A stretch of DNA of 39,519 bases from the IMG/VR virus record IMGVR_UViG_3300033067_001795, positions 1 through 39,519 of that record; one strand, 5' to 3'. The stretch is from a virus. Taxonomy: Duplodnaviria > Caudoviricetes. This document shows positions 1 through 8,307 of this stretch, one piece after another (position 1 is the first letter of the stretch; each line of letters starts with the position of its first letter). The position numbers and the translations under genes are program-made. The notes under the pieces are model-generated. The model had not been told where the DNA came from. It made no database searches and was given only the letters and a program-made list of their open reading frames with translations.

Positions 1-949
1 TTCCGGCGAGGTTCGCCGCGGGGGCGCTCTTCACCCTGAGCCGGTTGATGTCGGTGACGAACCATCGGAGGGGGTGCGCGTTCTCGACGAGCCGGGTCGT
101 GTCGTCCGCCACGTACGCCCGGAGGAGGGCTTCCCGTTCCTCCTCGGGGGTTCCCTTCAGGGCGGCGTTGACCGCCTTGCAGTCCTGGGCCGTGAGGACG
201 GGTTCCCTCCGGTACCGCTCCCGCCACGCGTCCACGTAGGCGCCGATGGCCCCGGTCGACGGGTTGGCCCTCTTCGAGCGCGCGCCCGCGTCAGCGGGAA
301 CGGGCCCCCGCTCTCTAAGATCCGATACGATGGGATTGGATACGATTACCGGAAGACGTCGCGCGGACGTCCGTTGGACATCCGTTGGACAGGCGTCACC
401 GGTCACACCTGAGACGGGGTCCGCATCCGCGGCGTGTCCCGTGCCCGGTGTGGCCTGACGCCCGGCCTCGTCGATCGCACCGATGAGGGGGGCGGGGGGT
501 ATCGGTGGCGGTGGCTCCTCGGGCGGGCTCTTCTTCGCCTCCTCGGCGGCCCGCTTGATGCGCTCGGCCTCTCGCTCGTCGCGCTTCCGCTTCGCGTCGG
601 CCTCGCGCTTGGTGAGGAGCTTCCGCATGTATTCCCCGAACTCGTGAACGATGAAGAGCCCGCCGTCCCGCACGAGGAAGCCGTCCTGGCTCTTCTTCCC
701 GCAGTGAAGAAGGGCGTCAACAAACAGGGAGGGGTCGCCCTGCCAATCGGCCGCGCTCGCGATCTCGACGTCGTCAACGTCACCGAGGTCGCCGTCTGTG
801 GCGTAGGTCGCGGCCCAGTACCAGATTCCGTGGATGTGCCCGACCGCTGCGGGCCTCGAGATCCCGAGGAGACGCGCGAGCCGGAGCGTCTTCGGGTGGT
901 TCCAGAGGTCGACGTGGGAGTGAACGTAGAGGGCGCGGGAGCGGCTCAA
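1..949 (-). CDS. Phage replication initiator (replisome organiser), 5' part; about 329 aa across the junction
   Basis: Absent from the ORF track because it has no stop before base 1. TTG at 949 overlaps the upstream stop (TTGA). Reads MSRSRALYVHSHVDLWNHPKTLRLARLLGISRPAAVGHIHGIWYWAATYATDGDL..., a typical phage initiator N-terminus; directly upstream of a DnaC-like gene on the circle. Confidence 0.8.
   Translation of the reverse strand, partial: MSRSRALYVHSHVDLWNHPKTLRLARLLGISRPAAVGHIHGIWYWAATYATDGDLGDVDDVEIASAADWQGDPSLFVDALLHCGKKSQDGFLVRDGGLFIVHEFGEYMRKLLTKREADAKRKRDEREAERIKRAAEEAKKSPPEEPPPPIPPAPLIGAIDEAGRQATPGTGHAADADPVSGVTGDACPTDVQRTSARRLPVIVSNPIVSDLRERGPVPADAGARSKRANPSTGAIGAYVDAWRERYRREPVLTAQDCKAVNAALKGTPEEEREALLRAYVADDTTRLVENAHPLRWFVTDINRLRVKSAPAANLAG
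315..395. repeat. Putative replication origin (iterons) inside rep
   Basis: Tandem TCCGTTGGACA at 370-380 and 381-391; GATACGAT at 324-331 and 339-346 in a locally AT-richer patch within the rep linker, as in lambdoid O genes. Confidence 0.55.
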
Positions 950-1170
950 GCGGAAGCCCCCGCGAGCTCACGCTCGAGCTGTACCGCCTCGGCCTCGAAC
1001 GCCTCGGCGAGGGCGGCGTAGTGCTCGGCCAGGCCGCCCGACGTGGAGCCGAGGGAGCGCGCCTTGGTGGCAGCGTCTCGAAGCGTGGCGGGGCTGAGGG
1101 TGCCCTCGCGCCGGAGCTTCTCGCGATGATTGGCCGCGGAGCTCGCGGCCGTCGTTGGGTTGACGATCAT
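946..1170 (-). CDS. Hypothetical protein (74 aa, MIVNPTT...)
   Basis: 4-bp overlaps with the MTase stop and the rep start. Confidence 0.65.
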   Translation of the reverse strand: MIVNPTTAASSAANHREKLRREGTLSPATLRDAATKARSLGSTSGGLAEHYAALAEAFEAEAVQLERELAGASA

Positions 1171-3005
1171 GCGGCGCCTGCCATCTCGGCCTGGGCCGGG
1201 AGGTTCGCGAGCACGAGCGCTTCGGCCACCTCCGGGCAAACGCTGTTCCCGATGAGCCGGACCTTCGCGCTCTTCGTCTTAGCCTCGGTGAGGTCGTAGG
1301 TCTCGGCGAAGCGGCCGAACTGCGCGCGGAGGAGCTCGTGCGGCTCGAGCATCCGCATGCCGATGTCGACGATCTGGTATTCCGTGCCCTCCACGGTGAC
1401 GAGGCCGAGCCGGTGCTTCGCCGTGATGGTGCGGGCCGGGCCGAAGAGGGTCTGCCCGCTCGTGGCGTCCTCGCCGTAGTAGGCCGTGAGGAACGCGCGC
1501 ACCTCGGCAACGTGGATGCCGCCCGCGCTCGTGGTCGGGAGGGGCTCGGTCACGGGGAGGCTCGCGGGCTGACTCTCGTGGGTGCCGCGGAACTTCGCGA
1601 GGGCCACGGCGGCGAGCGCATGACGGTCCTTCGCCATGACGGTCGAGAGGGGAGACTCGGCCGACGCATCACCCCGGCCGTGACGCTGCCCAGGCTCGAC
1701 GAGGGCGGCCGTGACGAGGGCGTGATGGTCCGTCGCGGTGATCGTGCTCGCGGGCTCGGTGAGCTCCTGCCCGACGACGCCCCCGTAGTGTTTCGCGAGG
1801 AACGCCTCGACGAGCGCGTGCTTCTGCCCGCCCGCGACGACGGTTCCGAGCGGCTCGAAGAGGTCGAGGCTCCGTGCGGCCTGTCCCTCTCGCTCGCCGT
1901 AGCCTGTCTGCATAAGGGTCGGGGCGACGAGGGCGTGCCCTCGCTGCGTCGCGGTGACGGTTGAGAGGGGCGCGGCCGCGTCCTCGCCTCGTGCCTCGGC
2001 CTTGCCGTGGTTGACCTTGACGAGGCTCGGCGCGACGAGGCCGAGTGGGTTCCCCGTCGCGGGCCGGGCGGGGCGTTCCTTTCCGCCGGCCGTGACCGTG
2101 GGCATCGGCTCGTCGACGGCGCTCCCCGTCGAGTCGTGCCGGAACTTCACGACGGAAGGAACGACGAGCCCGAAGCGGTTCTCCGTCGTCTGCGTGGGGA
2201 GAGCGTCCTCGAGGTCTTCGACGCGCCCGAGCTCGCCCTCGCGGCGCTGGCCCTGGTAGCGGACGATGAAGGGGCGGGGGTTCTCGAGCACGAACCGGCG
2301 GATGCCCTGCGCGATCCTCCAGAGCGTCTTCTCCGCGAGAGGCCTCGAGCGCTCGAAGATGCTAGGGCACGGCAGCGACCAATCGATGCACTCCGAGGCC
2401 GCCCGGATCGGGAGGAGCCCCGGGCCGTGCGTCGCCTTCGGCCAGGTGATCGGGAGCCCGTCGCGCCGCGCCACGAGGAAGAGCCGCCGGCGCCGGGTTG
2501 GAGCACCGTAGAGCGAGGCGTCGAGGATCCGGTGATCGACCACGTACCCGAGGCGCTCGAGAGCGCGCTTCCAACGCGCGAACGTCTCGCCCATCCGGGC
2601 CTTGTCGGGGCGCCCGTCCTTCGAGAGCGGTCCCCAGCCCCGGAACTCCTGAACGTTCTCGAGGCAGATCACGCGGGGCGCAACGGCGCGAGCCCACTTC
2701 ACCACGGTCCACGCGAGGGTTCGGATCTTCTGCGAGCGCGGGACGTTGCCCTTCGCGATCGAGAAGTGCGTGCAATCGGGCGATGCCCAGAGGAGATCGA
2801 CGGGGCGCCCGCCCGTGGCCTTCACCGGGTCCACCTCGTAGATGTCGGCCGTCAGGTGGACGGTCCGGGGATGGTTCGCCGCGTGCACCGCGAGGGCCGT
2901 GGCGGAATGGTTGACGGCCAGGTCGACGGGCCGGCCGAGCGCGGCCTCGATCCCGACGCTGGCCCCGCCCCCTCCGGCGAAGAGGTCGACGACGAGCCCG
3001 GTCAA
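1167..3005 (-). CDS. C5-cytosine DNA methyltransferase with an expanded repetitive variable region
   Basis: Motif I DLFAGGGG, IV SPDC, VI ENV, VIII RRRLF, X GNSV; start re-called to TTG 3005 behind SD AGGAGG (track start 3071). Confidence 0.93.
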   Translation of the reverse strand: MTGLVVDLFAGGGGASVGIEAALGRPVDLAVNHSATALAVHAANHPRTVHLTADIYEVDPVKATGGRPVDLLWASPDCTHFSIAKGNVPRSQKIRTLAWTVVKWARAVAPRVICLENVQEFRGWGPLSKDGRPDKARMGETFARWKRALERLGYVVDHRILDASLYGAPTRRRRLFLVARRDGLPITWPKATHGPGLLPIRAASECIDWSLPCPSIFERSRPLAEKTLWRIAQGIRRFVLENPRPFIVRYQGQRREGELGRVEDLEDALPTQTTENRFGLVVPSVVKFRHDSTGSAVDEPMPTVTAGGKERPARPATGNPLGLVAPSLVKVNHGKAEARGEDAAAPLSTVTATQRGHALVAPTLMQTGYGEREGQAARSLDLFEPLGTVVAGGQKHALVEAFLAKHYGGVVGQELTEPASTITATDHHALVTAALVEPGQRHGRGDASAESPLSTVMAKDRHALAAVALAKFRGTHESQPASLPVTEPLPTTSAGGIHVAEVRAFLTAYYGEDATSGQTLFGPARTITAKHRLGLVTVEGTEYQIVDIGMRMLEPHELLRAQFGRFAETYDLTEAKTKSAKVRLIGNSVCPEVAEALVLANLPAQAEMAGAA

Positions 3006-3090
3006 GCCCCGCCTCCTGGCAGTTCGCGCGAGAGTTCGTTTCCGGTTCTGGACACCGGTTTCGACCCGCAACGGGCCCCGGCGCCTGACG

Positions 3091-3103
3091 TAACCGCTTG
3101 ATT
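3091..3103 (-). promoter_or_regulatory. IHF-binding site in attP
   Basis: AATCAAGCGGTTA matches the WATCAANNNNTTR consensus exactly. Confidence 0.65.
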
Positions 3104-3140
3104 CTTCGTCGTCAGATCGTGGCGGGAAGGCTCGAACCGC

Positions 3141-3185
3141 TTCCTAAACCGTTTGTCGGGAGTTCGAGTCTCCCCGGGCCCACCA
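3141..3185 (+). other. attP core: 3' half of tRNA-Arg(CCT)
   Basis: TTCCTAA anticodon loop, ACCGT, variable loop, T arm GGGAG-TTCGAGT-CTCCC, acceptor strand CGGGCCC-A-CCA; no 5' half (upstream ACCGC cannot pair); 38 bp from the integrase stop. Confidence 0.88.
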
Positions 3186-3222
3186 ACACCGAGGCCGCTG
3201 CGGGTGCGGGCTGCGCTCGTCA

Positions 3223-4503
3223 TCATGCTCCGTCCTCTCCCGCGACGCGCGCGGGGGTGTTCGCGAAATAGTTCGTTTGGTTTCCGTCGAGGGTCCGGAT
3301 TGCCCTCACGAGGGCGGCCTCGTCGGCCCTCGCGTAGCGCTGCGTCATCACGATCGAGGAGTGCCCGAGGAGGCGCCGGATCACCTCGAGCGAGACGTCG
3401 CGCGAAGCGAGCCGACACGCGAAGGTGTGCCGGAGGTCGTGCACCCGGACGCGGCGGGTGATGCCGGCCAGCTCGAGCGCTAGGGTGAAGTAGCGGTGCA
3501 GCATCGTCGTGCCGCAGTCCTGCCCCTCAGGGGTGACGAGGACGCGCGAGCCGGGGCGTTGGTTCCCCCGAGCGGCGAACGTCTCTAGCGCCCCTTGCGC
3601 GGCCGCGGAGAGGGGCACGAGGACGCGCTGCCCGGTCTTCGCCGTGCGGTAGCGGACGACGCCGGCCGGGAGGTCCACGCGGGCCCAGGTGAGCGACAGG
3701 AGGTCACCGAGCCGCATGCCCGTCTCGACGGCCAGGACGAACACGGGGCGCCACGAGCTGAAGCGCTCGAAATGCCAGCGCGTTGCATCGCCCTCGGGGT
3801 CGCGCGAGCCTCCGAAGACGCGGGGCTCGGAGTAGAGCTTCGAGGCGCGAGGGGCGAGGGTCCTTCGCACCTTCGCCGCCCGGGCCTTGAAGGCCTCGAA
3901 GTCGGTGAACGCCGCAAGGAAGGCCTGCAGCTCGACGTCGGAGAGCTCGCCCTCGAGGAGCTCCGGCTTCTGCATCGGCAGCCCCTTGCCGGCGAGCGGG
4001 TACGTTTCGATGAGGCGCCGGTCCGTCGCGTCCTTGAGGATCCGCCGGAGGATCGCGAGCACGTGATTGACCGTCGTCGGCGAGTAGGCGGCGCCCCGCT
4101 CCTTCCCCTCCGGCGTCTTGCTCTTGCCGGTGACCATGCGCCCGACGAGATCCCGCACCGTCGCGTGATTGATGTCGGCGAGGAGCATCGGCCCGAGCTC
4201 GGGCATCAGCACGGAGCGGATGTGGGTCTCGTACCCTCGGCGGGTTCGCGCGGAAACGCCGAGCGTGGCCGTCGCCCAGGTCTCGGCCATGTACCGCGCG
4301 AACGTCCAGGGGCGGGGTTCGAGCGTCGCGAGCACCTCGCGGCGGAACTCTCCCCAGAGGCGCAGCGCCTCGGCGCGGTTGGCTGCCGCGACGATCTTCC
4401 GGCGGCGCTTCCTCGAGCCGCTGCCGGGGAGGATCACCTCGAACGTCGCGCGCTTCTTCTCCGCGTCGTACCGCAGCCCGGGTGTCACGGAACGCTTCGT
4501 CAC
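3223..4503 (-). CDS. int: Tyrosine recombinase (phage integrase), 426 aa
   Basis: TGMR, AKTG, HDLRH, LLGH, TQRY catalytic motifs; GTG 4503 overlaps the xis stop. Confidence 0.95.
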   Translation of the reverse strand: MTKRSVTPGLRYDAEKKRATFEVILPGSGSRKRRRKIVAAANRAEALRLWGEFRREVLATLEPRPWTFARYMAETWATATLGVSARTRRGYETHIRSVLMPELGPMLLADINHATVRDLVGRMVTGKSKTPEGKERGAAYSPTTVNHVLAILRRILKDATDRRLIETYPLAGKGLPMQKPELLEGELSDVELQAFLAAFTDFEAFKARAAKVRRTLAPRASKLYSEPRVFGGSRDPEGDATRWHFERFSSWRPVFVLAVETGMRLGDLLSLTWARVDLPAGVVRYRTAKTGQRVLVPLSAAAQGALETFAARGNQRPGSRVLVTPEGQDCGTTMLHRYFTLALELAGITRRVRVHDLRHTFACRLASRDVSLEVIRRLLGHSSIVMTQRYARADEAALVRAIRTLDGNQTNYFANTPARVAGEDGA

Positions 4504-4772
4504 GGAGCTGCCTCCTGCGTCTTGCGTTCCTCGGCCTTGCGCCACCGAGCGGCCCGGGCTCTCGCCATGTCGCGCACCGGGGCGGGCAAGCTGCGGCGCT
4601 CGGCCTCGAAGGCCTCCACCTCGGCGAGCGGGTAGACGCACGTGGTCGCCGAGACGAAGAACCAACCCTTCGGGCCGTAGCCTTCCCGGCGCCAGCGGGC
4701 GAGGGCCGAACTCTTCAGCCCGAGGCGCTGTGCCAAGTGCGGGGCGGTGATGTAGACGGGCTGCTGGCTCAT
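4500..4772 (-). CDS. xis: Excisionase-like HTH protein (90 aa)
   Basis: LAQRLGLKSSALARWRREGYGP winged-HTH pattern directly upstream of int. Confidence 0.75.
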   Translation of the reverse strand: MSQQPVYITAPHLAQRLGLKSSALARWRREGYGPKGWFFVSATTCVYPLAEVEAFEAERRSLPAPVRDMARARAARWRKAEERKTQEAAP

Positions 4773-4948
4773 CGCGCGGCCTTCCCTTCCCGTCGCTCCC
4801 GCGCGCGGCGCTGCTGGCGGGTCTCGGGTCCCTGGATCACCGTGATGGACTCGACGAGCGTCGGGGCCTCGTCCTCCCTGCGGCCCTTGCCCTTCGGGAG
4901 GTTCGCGGCGAGGAGCGCCATCGCGAGGAGGGCGGGGAGGCGGTTCAC
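4769..4948 (-). CDS. Hypothetical protein (59 aa, MNRLPALLAMALL...)
   Basis: Below the track cutoff; 4-bp overlaps at both ends. Confidence 0.55.
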   Translation of the reverse strand: MNRLPALLAMALLAANLPKGKGRREDEAPTLVESITVIQGPETRQQRRARERREGKAAR

Positions 4949-5430
4949 GCCTCACCCCGCGGAATTGTCGTGTCGCAGTCGTCGGGGTGACGCAGGACGA
5001 ACCCACGAGCCATGAACTCCCGGAACGTCAGGTCGGGGTGGGAGTCCTTCGCGCGGAGGAAGTCGCCGTAACGCATCCGCGCCTTGCTCGCGCGTGCCGT
5101 CCTGCGGGTCGTGTCCTTTGCCTCTGCCTTAGCCGCAGCCTCGGCACGTTCAAACTTGCGAACGATCCGCCTCACGAGCCACTCGAAGAGGCGCCTCTCC
5201 CTGGGCGGGCCGTTCCTTGTGCTTCCCATGCGCTCCCCCCACGAATGGAAGCGGCACTCGTGACCCTCGTATCCGGTCTCCGGGTCGTATGACTCGCAGT
5301 CGCAATCCTTCGTCAGTTCGTTGATGACTTGCCGCGCGGCGCGCATCGCAGCCGTGCGCCTGCGGATGGAGCGGCGCCCGTTGTAGACGTAGACCACGGC
5401 CGGGGCGGAGGTGATCGTGGGGGTGCGCAT
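4945..5430 (-). CDS. Hypothetical protein (161 aa, Cys/His cluster)
   Basis: Fits the operon tiling; abuts the upstream stop. Confidence 0.65.
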   Translation of the reverse strand: MRTPTITSAPAVVYVYNGRRSIRRRTAAMRAARQVINELTKDCDCESYDPETGYEGHECRFHSWGERMGSTRNGPPRERRLFEWLVRRIVRKFERAEAAAKAEAKDTTRRTARASKARMRYGDFLRAKDSHPDLTFREFMARGFVLRHPDDCDTTIPRGEA

Positions 5431-5898
5431 CTACCTGCCCTCCCCGAGCGCTTCGAGCGCGGCGGCGGCGTCACCCAGGGCGCGGCGCGTCGGCTCGCTG
5501 TACGCCTTAAGCTGCGGGGCTCCCCGCATGAGGTCGAACACGATCTCGCGCTGCTCAGCGTCCAGCGCGCGCCACGCCTCGATGCGGGGGTCGGTCTGGG
5601 ACGCGCTGCCAACGTTCTTCCCCGCGGCCTGTCCCCAGCGCGCGAGTACGCGGTTTGTCGCAGCGATGGACTCGTGCGGGCTCCGCGGGCCGGCGGCCTC
5701 GTATTCGATCTGCGTCTCGTGGCAGAACTTCGAGGCGATCTCGTAGCGCAGCTCGGGGCTTTCCAGCTCGGCCCTCGCCGCGTCCCGCTCGTCCGCCATG
5801 GCGTTGTAGGCCTTGACGATGCGCTCGTCGCGGACCCACGGCAGCGCGTTGCTACCGAAGACGAGGTCGGCGAACGCCTCCCGCGAGAGCGCGCTCAC
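5431..5898 (-). CDS. Hypothetical protein (155 aa)
   Basis: GTG 5898 in a GTGA overlap, SD GGAGG. Confidence 0.65.
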   Translation of the reverse strand: MSALSREAFADLVFGSNALPWVRDERIVKAYNAMADERDAARAELESPELRYEIASKFCHETQIEYEAAGPRSPHESIAATNRVLARWGQAAGKNVGSASQTDPRIEAWRALDAEQREIVFDLMRGAPQLKAYSEPTRRALGDAAAALEALGEGR

Positions 5899-6059
5899 CT
5901 CGGCCTCCCGGCGGGGCCGAACTCGGCCAGGTCGTGAAGCCGCTGAATCTCGATCTGCGTAAACGCGCAGTAGAGGAGGAGTGCCCCGACAAACCACCGA
6001 CACATCGCAAGCTGGATCAGCCCAGCGACGGTGAACATGCAGGCGTTGGCGAATCTCAT
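5895..6059 (-). CDS. Small hydrophobic membrane protein (54 aa)
   Basis: MRFANACMFTVAGLIQLAMCRWFVGALLLYCAF; overlaps at both ends. Confidence 0.55.
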   Translation of the reverse strand: MRFANACMFTVAGLIQLAMCRWFVGALLLYCAFTQIEIQRLHDLAEFGPAGRPR

Positions 6060-6102
6060 GGCCGAACCCCCTTCGCCGCCAGGGCGAGGCGGGCGCGGTC
6101 CG

Positions 6103-6645
6103 TCACACAGCCTCCGCGAAGAGGGGCGCCTGCTCGATCGAGAGCTGCGGCGAGGGCGCACACAGCCCGGCCGACGCGACCGTTTCGGCCAGGCACCACA
6201 CCCGCACCTCCACGTGCGCGGGCTCGCCGTAGAGCTTCTGGATCCGTTCCGTGACGATGCGCGCGTCGTCGGTCCAAAGCACGCCGGTGAGGGCGTCCTC
6301 GATGCCGCGCGCGAGCTTGAGCACGTCGGGCCTCGTGGCCGGGAAGGCCGGAGCGCTCGGGAGGAGGCCGCGCTTTCCGCTGTGACCGGCCGGGCGCGTG
6401 ACGAAGATGACGATCTCGACGCCGAGCGGCCCATCGAGGAGCGGGCCGGAATACTGCTCGCGGGCGGCCGAACGCAGCTCGCCCTTCCACGCGCCCGCTT
6501 TCGGGTTGGCGTCTATCGCAACGCTTCGGCCCGTGAAGGTGCGGTTGCCCTGAGCGTGCGAGCCGCGGTAGATCGGCATGGCGCGCTTGGAGCCGGCCGG
6601 CTGCGCGATGCCGAGGACGGAGATGTTGATGACGGGGTCGCTCAC
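6103..6645 (-). CDS. rusA: RusA-family Holliday junction resolvase
   Basis: RPDVLKLARGIEDALTGVLWTDDARIV catalytic signature. Confidence 0.9.
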   Translation of the reverse strand: MSDPVINISVLGIAQPAGSKRAMPIYRGSHAQGNRTFTGRSVAIDANPKAGAWKGELRSAAREQYSGPLLDGPLGVEIVIFVTRPAGHSGKRGLLPSAPAFPATRPDVLKLARGIEDALTGVLWTDDARIVTERIQKLYGEPAHVEVRVWCLAETVASAGLCAPSPQLSIEQAPLFAEAV

Positions 6646-6905
6646 GCTGCCTCCGCTGTGGGCTGGACGGGCCGGAGGAACCCGGCGTGGATCGCGTCGA
6701 GGCAGCTCTTGCAGACGGCGACGTTCAGGCGAGGGACCGGGAACCGCGCGACCGGCACCTTCGTCCAGCCCGCGCGAAGGTACGCCGGTTCACATACATC
6801 GCACGGGTGCTGCCCCGTCGTGCGCTCGAAGATGTCGGCGTCGGGCCGCACCGGCATCGGCTTGCGCACGTTGCGGATCTCGTGAGGGAAGCGGATCTTC
6901 TTCAC
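6642..6905 (-). CDS. Hypothetical Zn-binding protein (87 aa)
   Basis: CDVC and CKSC pairs; 4-bp overlaps. Confidence 0.65.
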   Translation of the reverse strand: MKKIRFPHEIRNVRKPMPVRPDADIFERTTGQHPCDVCEPAYLRAGWTKVPVARFPVPRLNVAVCKSCLDAIHAGFLRPVQPTAEAA

Positions 6906-7153
6906 GCCGCCACGCTCCTCTTCTCGGCGCGCATCTCACGCGCCAGTTCGATCGCCAGGCGGATCGCGCCCCGCTCCCGCTCGCTCGGGGTGCGGCCCAG
7001 CGCGGCCCTGCCCTCGGTGATGACGACGTCGGGCCCGGCCTTGCCGATTTCCTCGCGCGCGACCCTGGCGCAAGAGGCGGCCCCTTCGGTGTCGCCGTCG
7101 CGGAGAAGGTTCGCGGCCGAGCGGATGTGGAGGCCGATCGCGAGGGGCGTCAC
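6902..7153 (-). CDS. Hypothetical protein (83 aa)
   Basis: GTGA overlaps at both ends. Confidence 0.6.
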   Translation of the reverse strand: MTPLAIGLHIRSAANLLRDGDTEGAASCARVAREEIGKAGPDVVITEGRAALGRTPSERERGAIRLAIELAREMRAEKRSVAA

Positions 7154-7488
7154 GGCCTCGGCTCCGCTCCGCCGAAGTGGTGCGCGTCGGCCTCGCGCTC
7201 GTTGCTCTCGTAGCGGTACGCGTCGAACTCCGTGTTCACCCGCTTGAGTGTCTTTTCGGCGGCCCGCTTGGCGCGGTTCGCCCAGACGAGCGAACCCTTC
7301 GCCGTGGCCAGGTCGACGCGGAGCGCGTCGATCCGGTCGAGGAGGGCGCCGAACGCGGCCTTGATCTTCCGCTCCGCCTTCTTCTTCCGGGCCTTGCCCT
7401 GCACGGCACGGCCCTTCGTGTTTGCATCCTCGTCGTGCACGCCGCTGGCGTACTGCGCGAGTGCCCTCTCGAGCTGCTTCTTCGTCAT
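7150..7488 (-). CDS. Hypothetical coiled-coil protein (112 aa)
   Basis: ATG 7488 with SD AAGGAG. Confidence 0.65.
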   Translation of the reverse strand: MTKKQLERALAQYASGVHDEDANTKGRAVQGKARKKKAERKIKAAFGALLDRIDALRVDLATAKGSLVWANRAKRAAEKTLKRVNTEFDAYRYESNEREADAHHFGGAEPRP

Positions 7489-7599
7489 CGTTGGCTCCTT
7501 CTGACACCTCGAGCCCCGTAGCTCACGGGGCGAGAGGGGCGGGTGGCCAGGCCGCATTCAGGCCGCTGCCGGGTGGGGTTGCCCGGCAGATTCGTTGCG

Positions 7600-8307
7600 C
7601 TACGCCGCGAGCTTCTTCACCTTGAACGGCGCTTCGTGCTCGAGGGCCGGGAGGTCGCAGGCCTTCACGGACCGGACCCAGGATTTCGGGTAGGTCTTTC
7701 CGTTCAGCTCCTGCCACTGGAAGCCGCGCGCCTTCGCCAGCTCCTTCTCCTCGAACGAGACGAGCGCCTGGACGACGGTCTCGGGGCTCTTCGCCCGGAA
7801 CTCCACGACATCGATCGGGTAGAACGAGAGGAGGCGGCCGGTCGAGAGCGCGTCACAGAGCGCGCGGTGCGGGAAGGGGTTGACGAACCCGTGCTCGGCG
7901 CACGCGGCGATGAGCTTCCGTTCGCGCTTCTCCGGCGGATACGGCAGGTCCGTCATGGTGTCGATCCACGGCCGGCCGACGAAGGCCGGATCCGCTGCCT
8001 CGAGGAAGAGCCGGTCGAAGCCCCTCGCGTTGTGACCGACGAGGTAATCGGCGCGTAGCGCCTCGGGAAGAACGAGGTCGATCGCCTCCTCGAGCGTCAC
8101 GCCGAACTCGAGGACGTCACCGTGACGGATGCCGGTGAGGTCGGTGATCGCCTGCGGGACCGGGCCCTTCGTCGGCTTCACGAGCGTCCCGCCCGTGCGG
8201 AGCGCGGTCGCACGCTCGGTGTCCCACACGGCCCAGCCGATCTCGATGATCTCGGCCGTCTTCGGGTCGAGCCCCGTCGTCTCGAGGTCCAGGAGGAGCA
8301 CCCTCAC
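7600..8307 (-). CDS. DEDDh 3'-5' exonuclease (DnaQ-like)
   Basis: DLETTG, HNARGFD, HRALCD motifs; small C-terminal domain (SFEEKELAKARGFQW). Confidence 0.9.
   Translation of the reverse strand: MRVLLLDLETTGLDPKTAEIIEIGWAVWDTERATALRTGGTLVKPTKGPVPQAITDLTGIRHGDVLEFGVTLEEAIDLVLPEALRADYLVGHNARGFDRLFLEAADPAFVGRPWIDTMTDLPYPPEKRERKLIAACAEHGFVNPFPHRALCDALSTGRLLSFYPIDVVEFRAKSPETVVQALVSFEEKELAKARGFQWQELNGKTYPKSWVRSVKACDLPALEHEAPFKVKKLAA

Larger units (their letters stand above)
3022..3278 (+). repeat. Candidate integrase arm-type sites flanking the attP core
   Basis: GTTCGCG-N4-AGTTCGTTT at 3022-3041 and 3259-3278 as direct repeats. Confidence 0.55.

Noticed and set aside
3110-3185. Intact phage tRNA-Arg gene
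   Set aside because: Only the 3' half is present; no D arm or 5' acceptor strand, and the anticodon stem cannot pair
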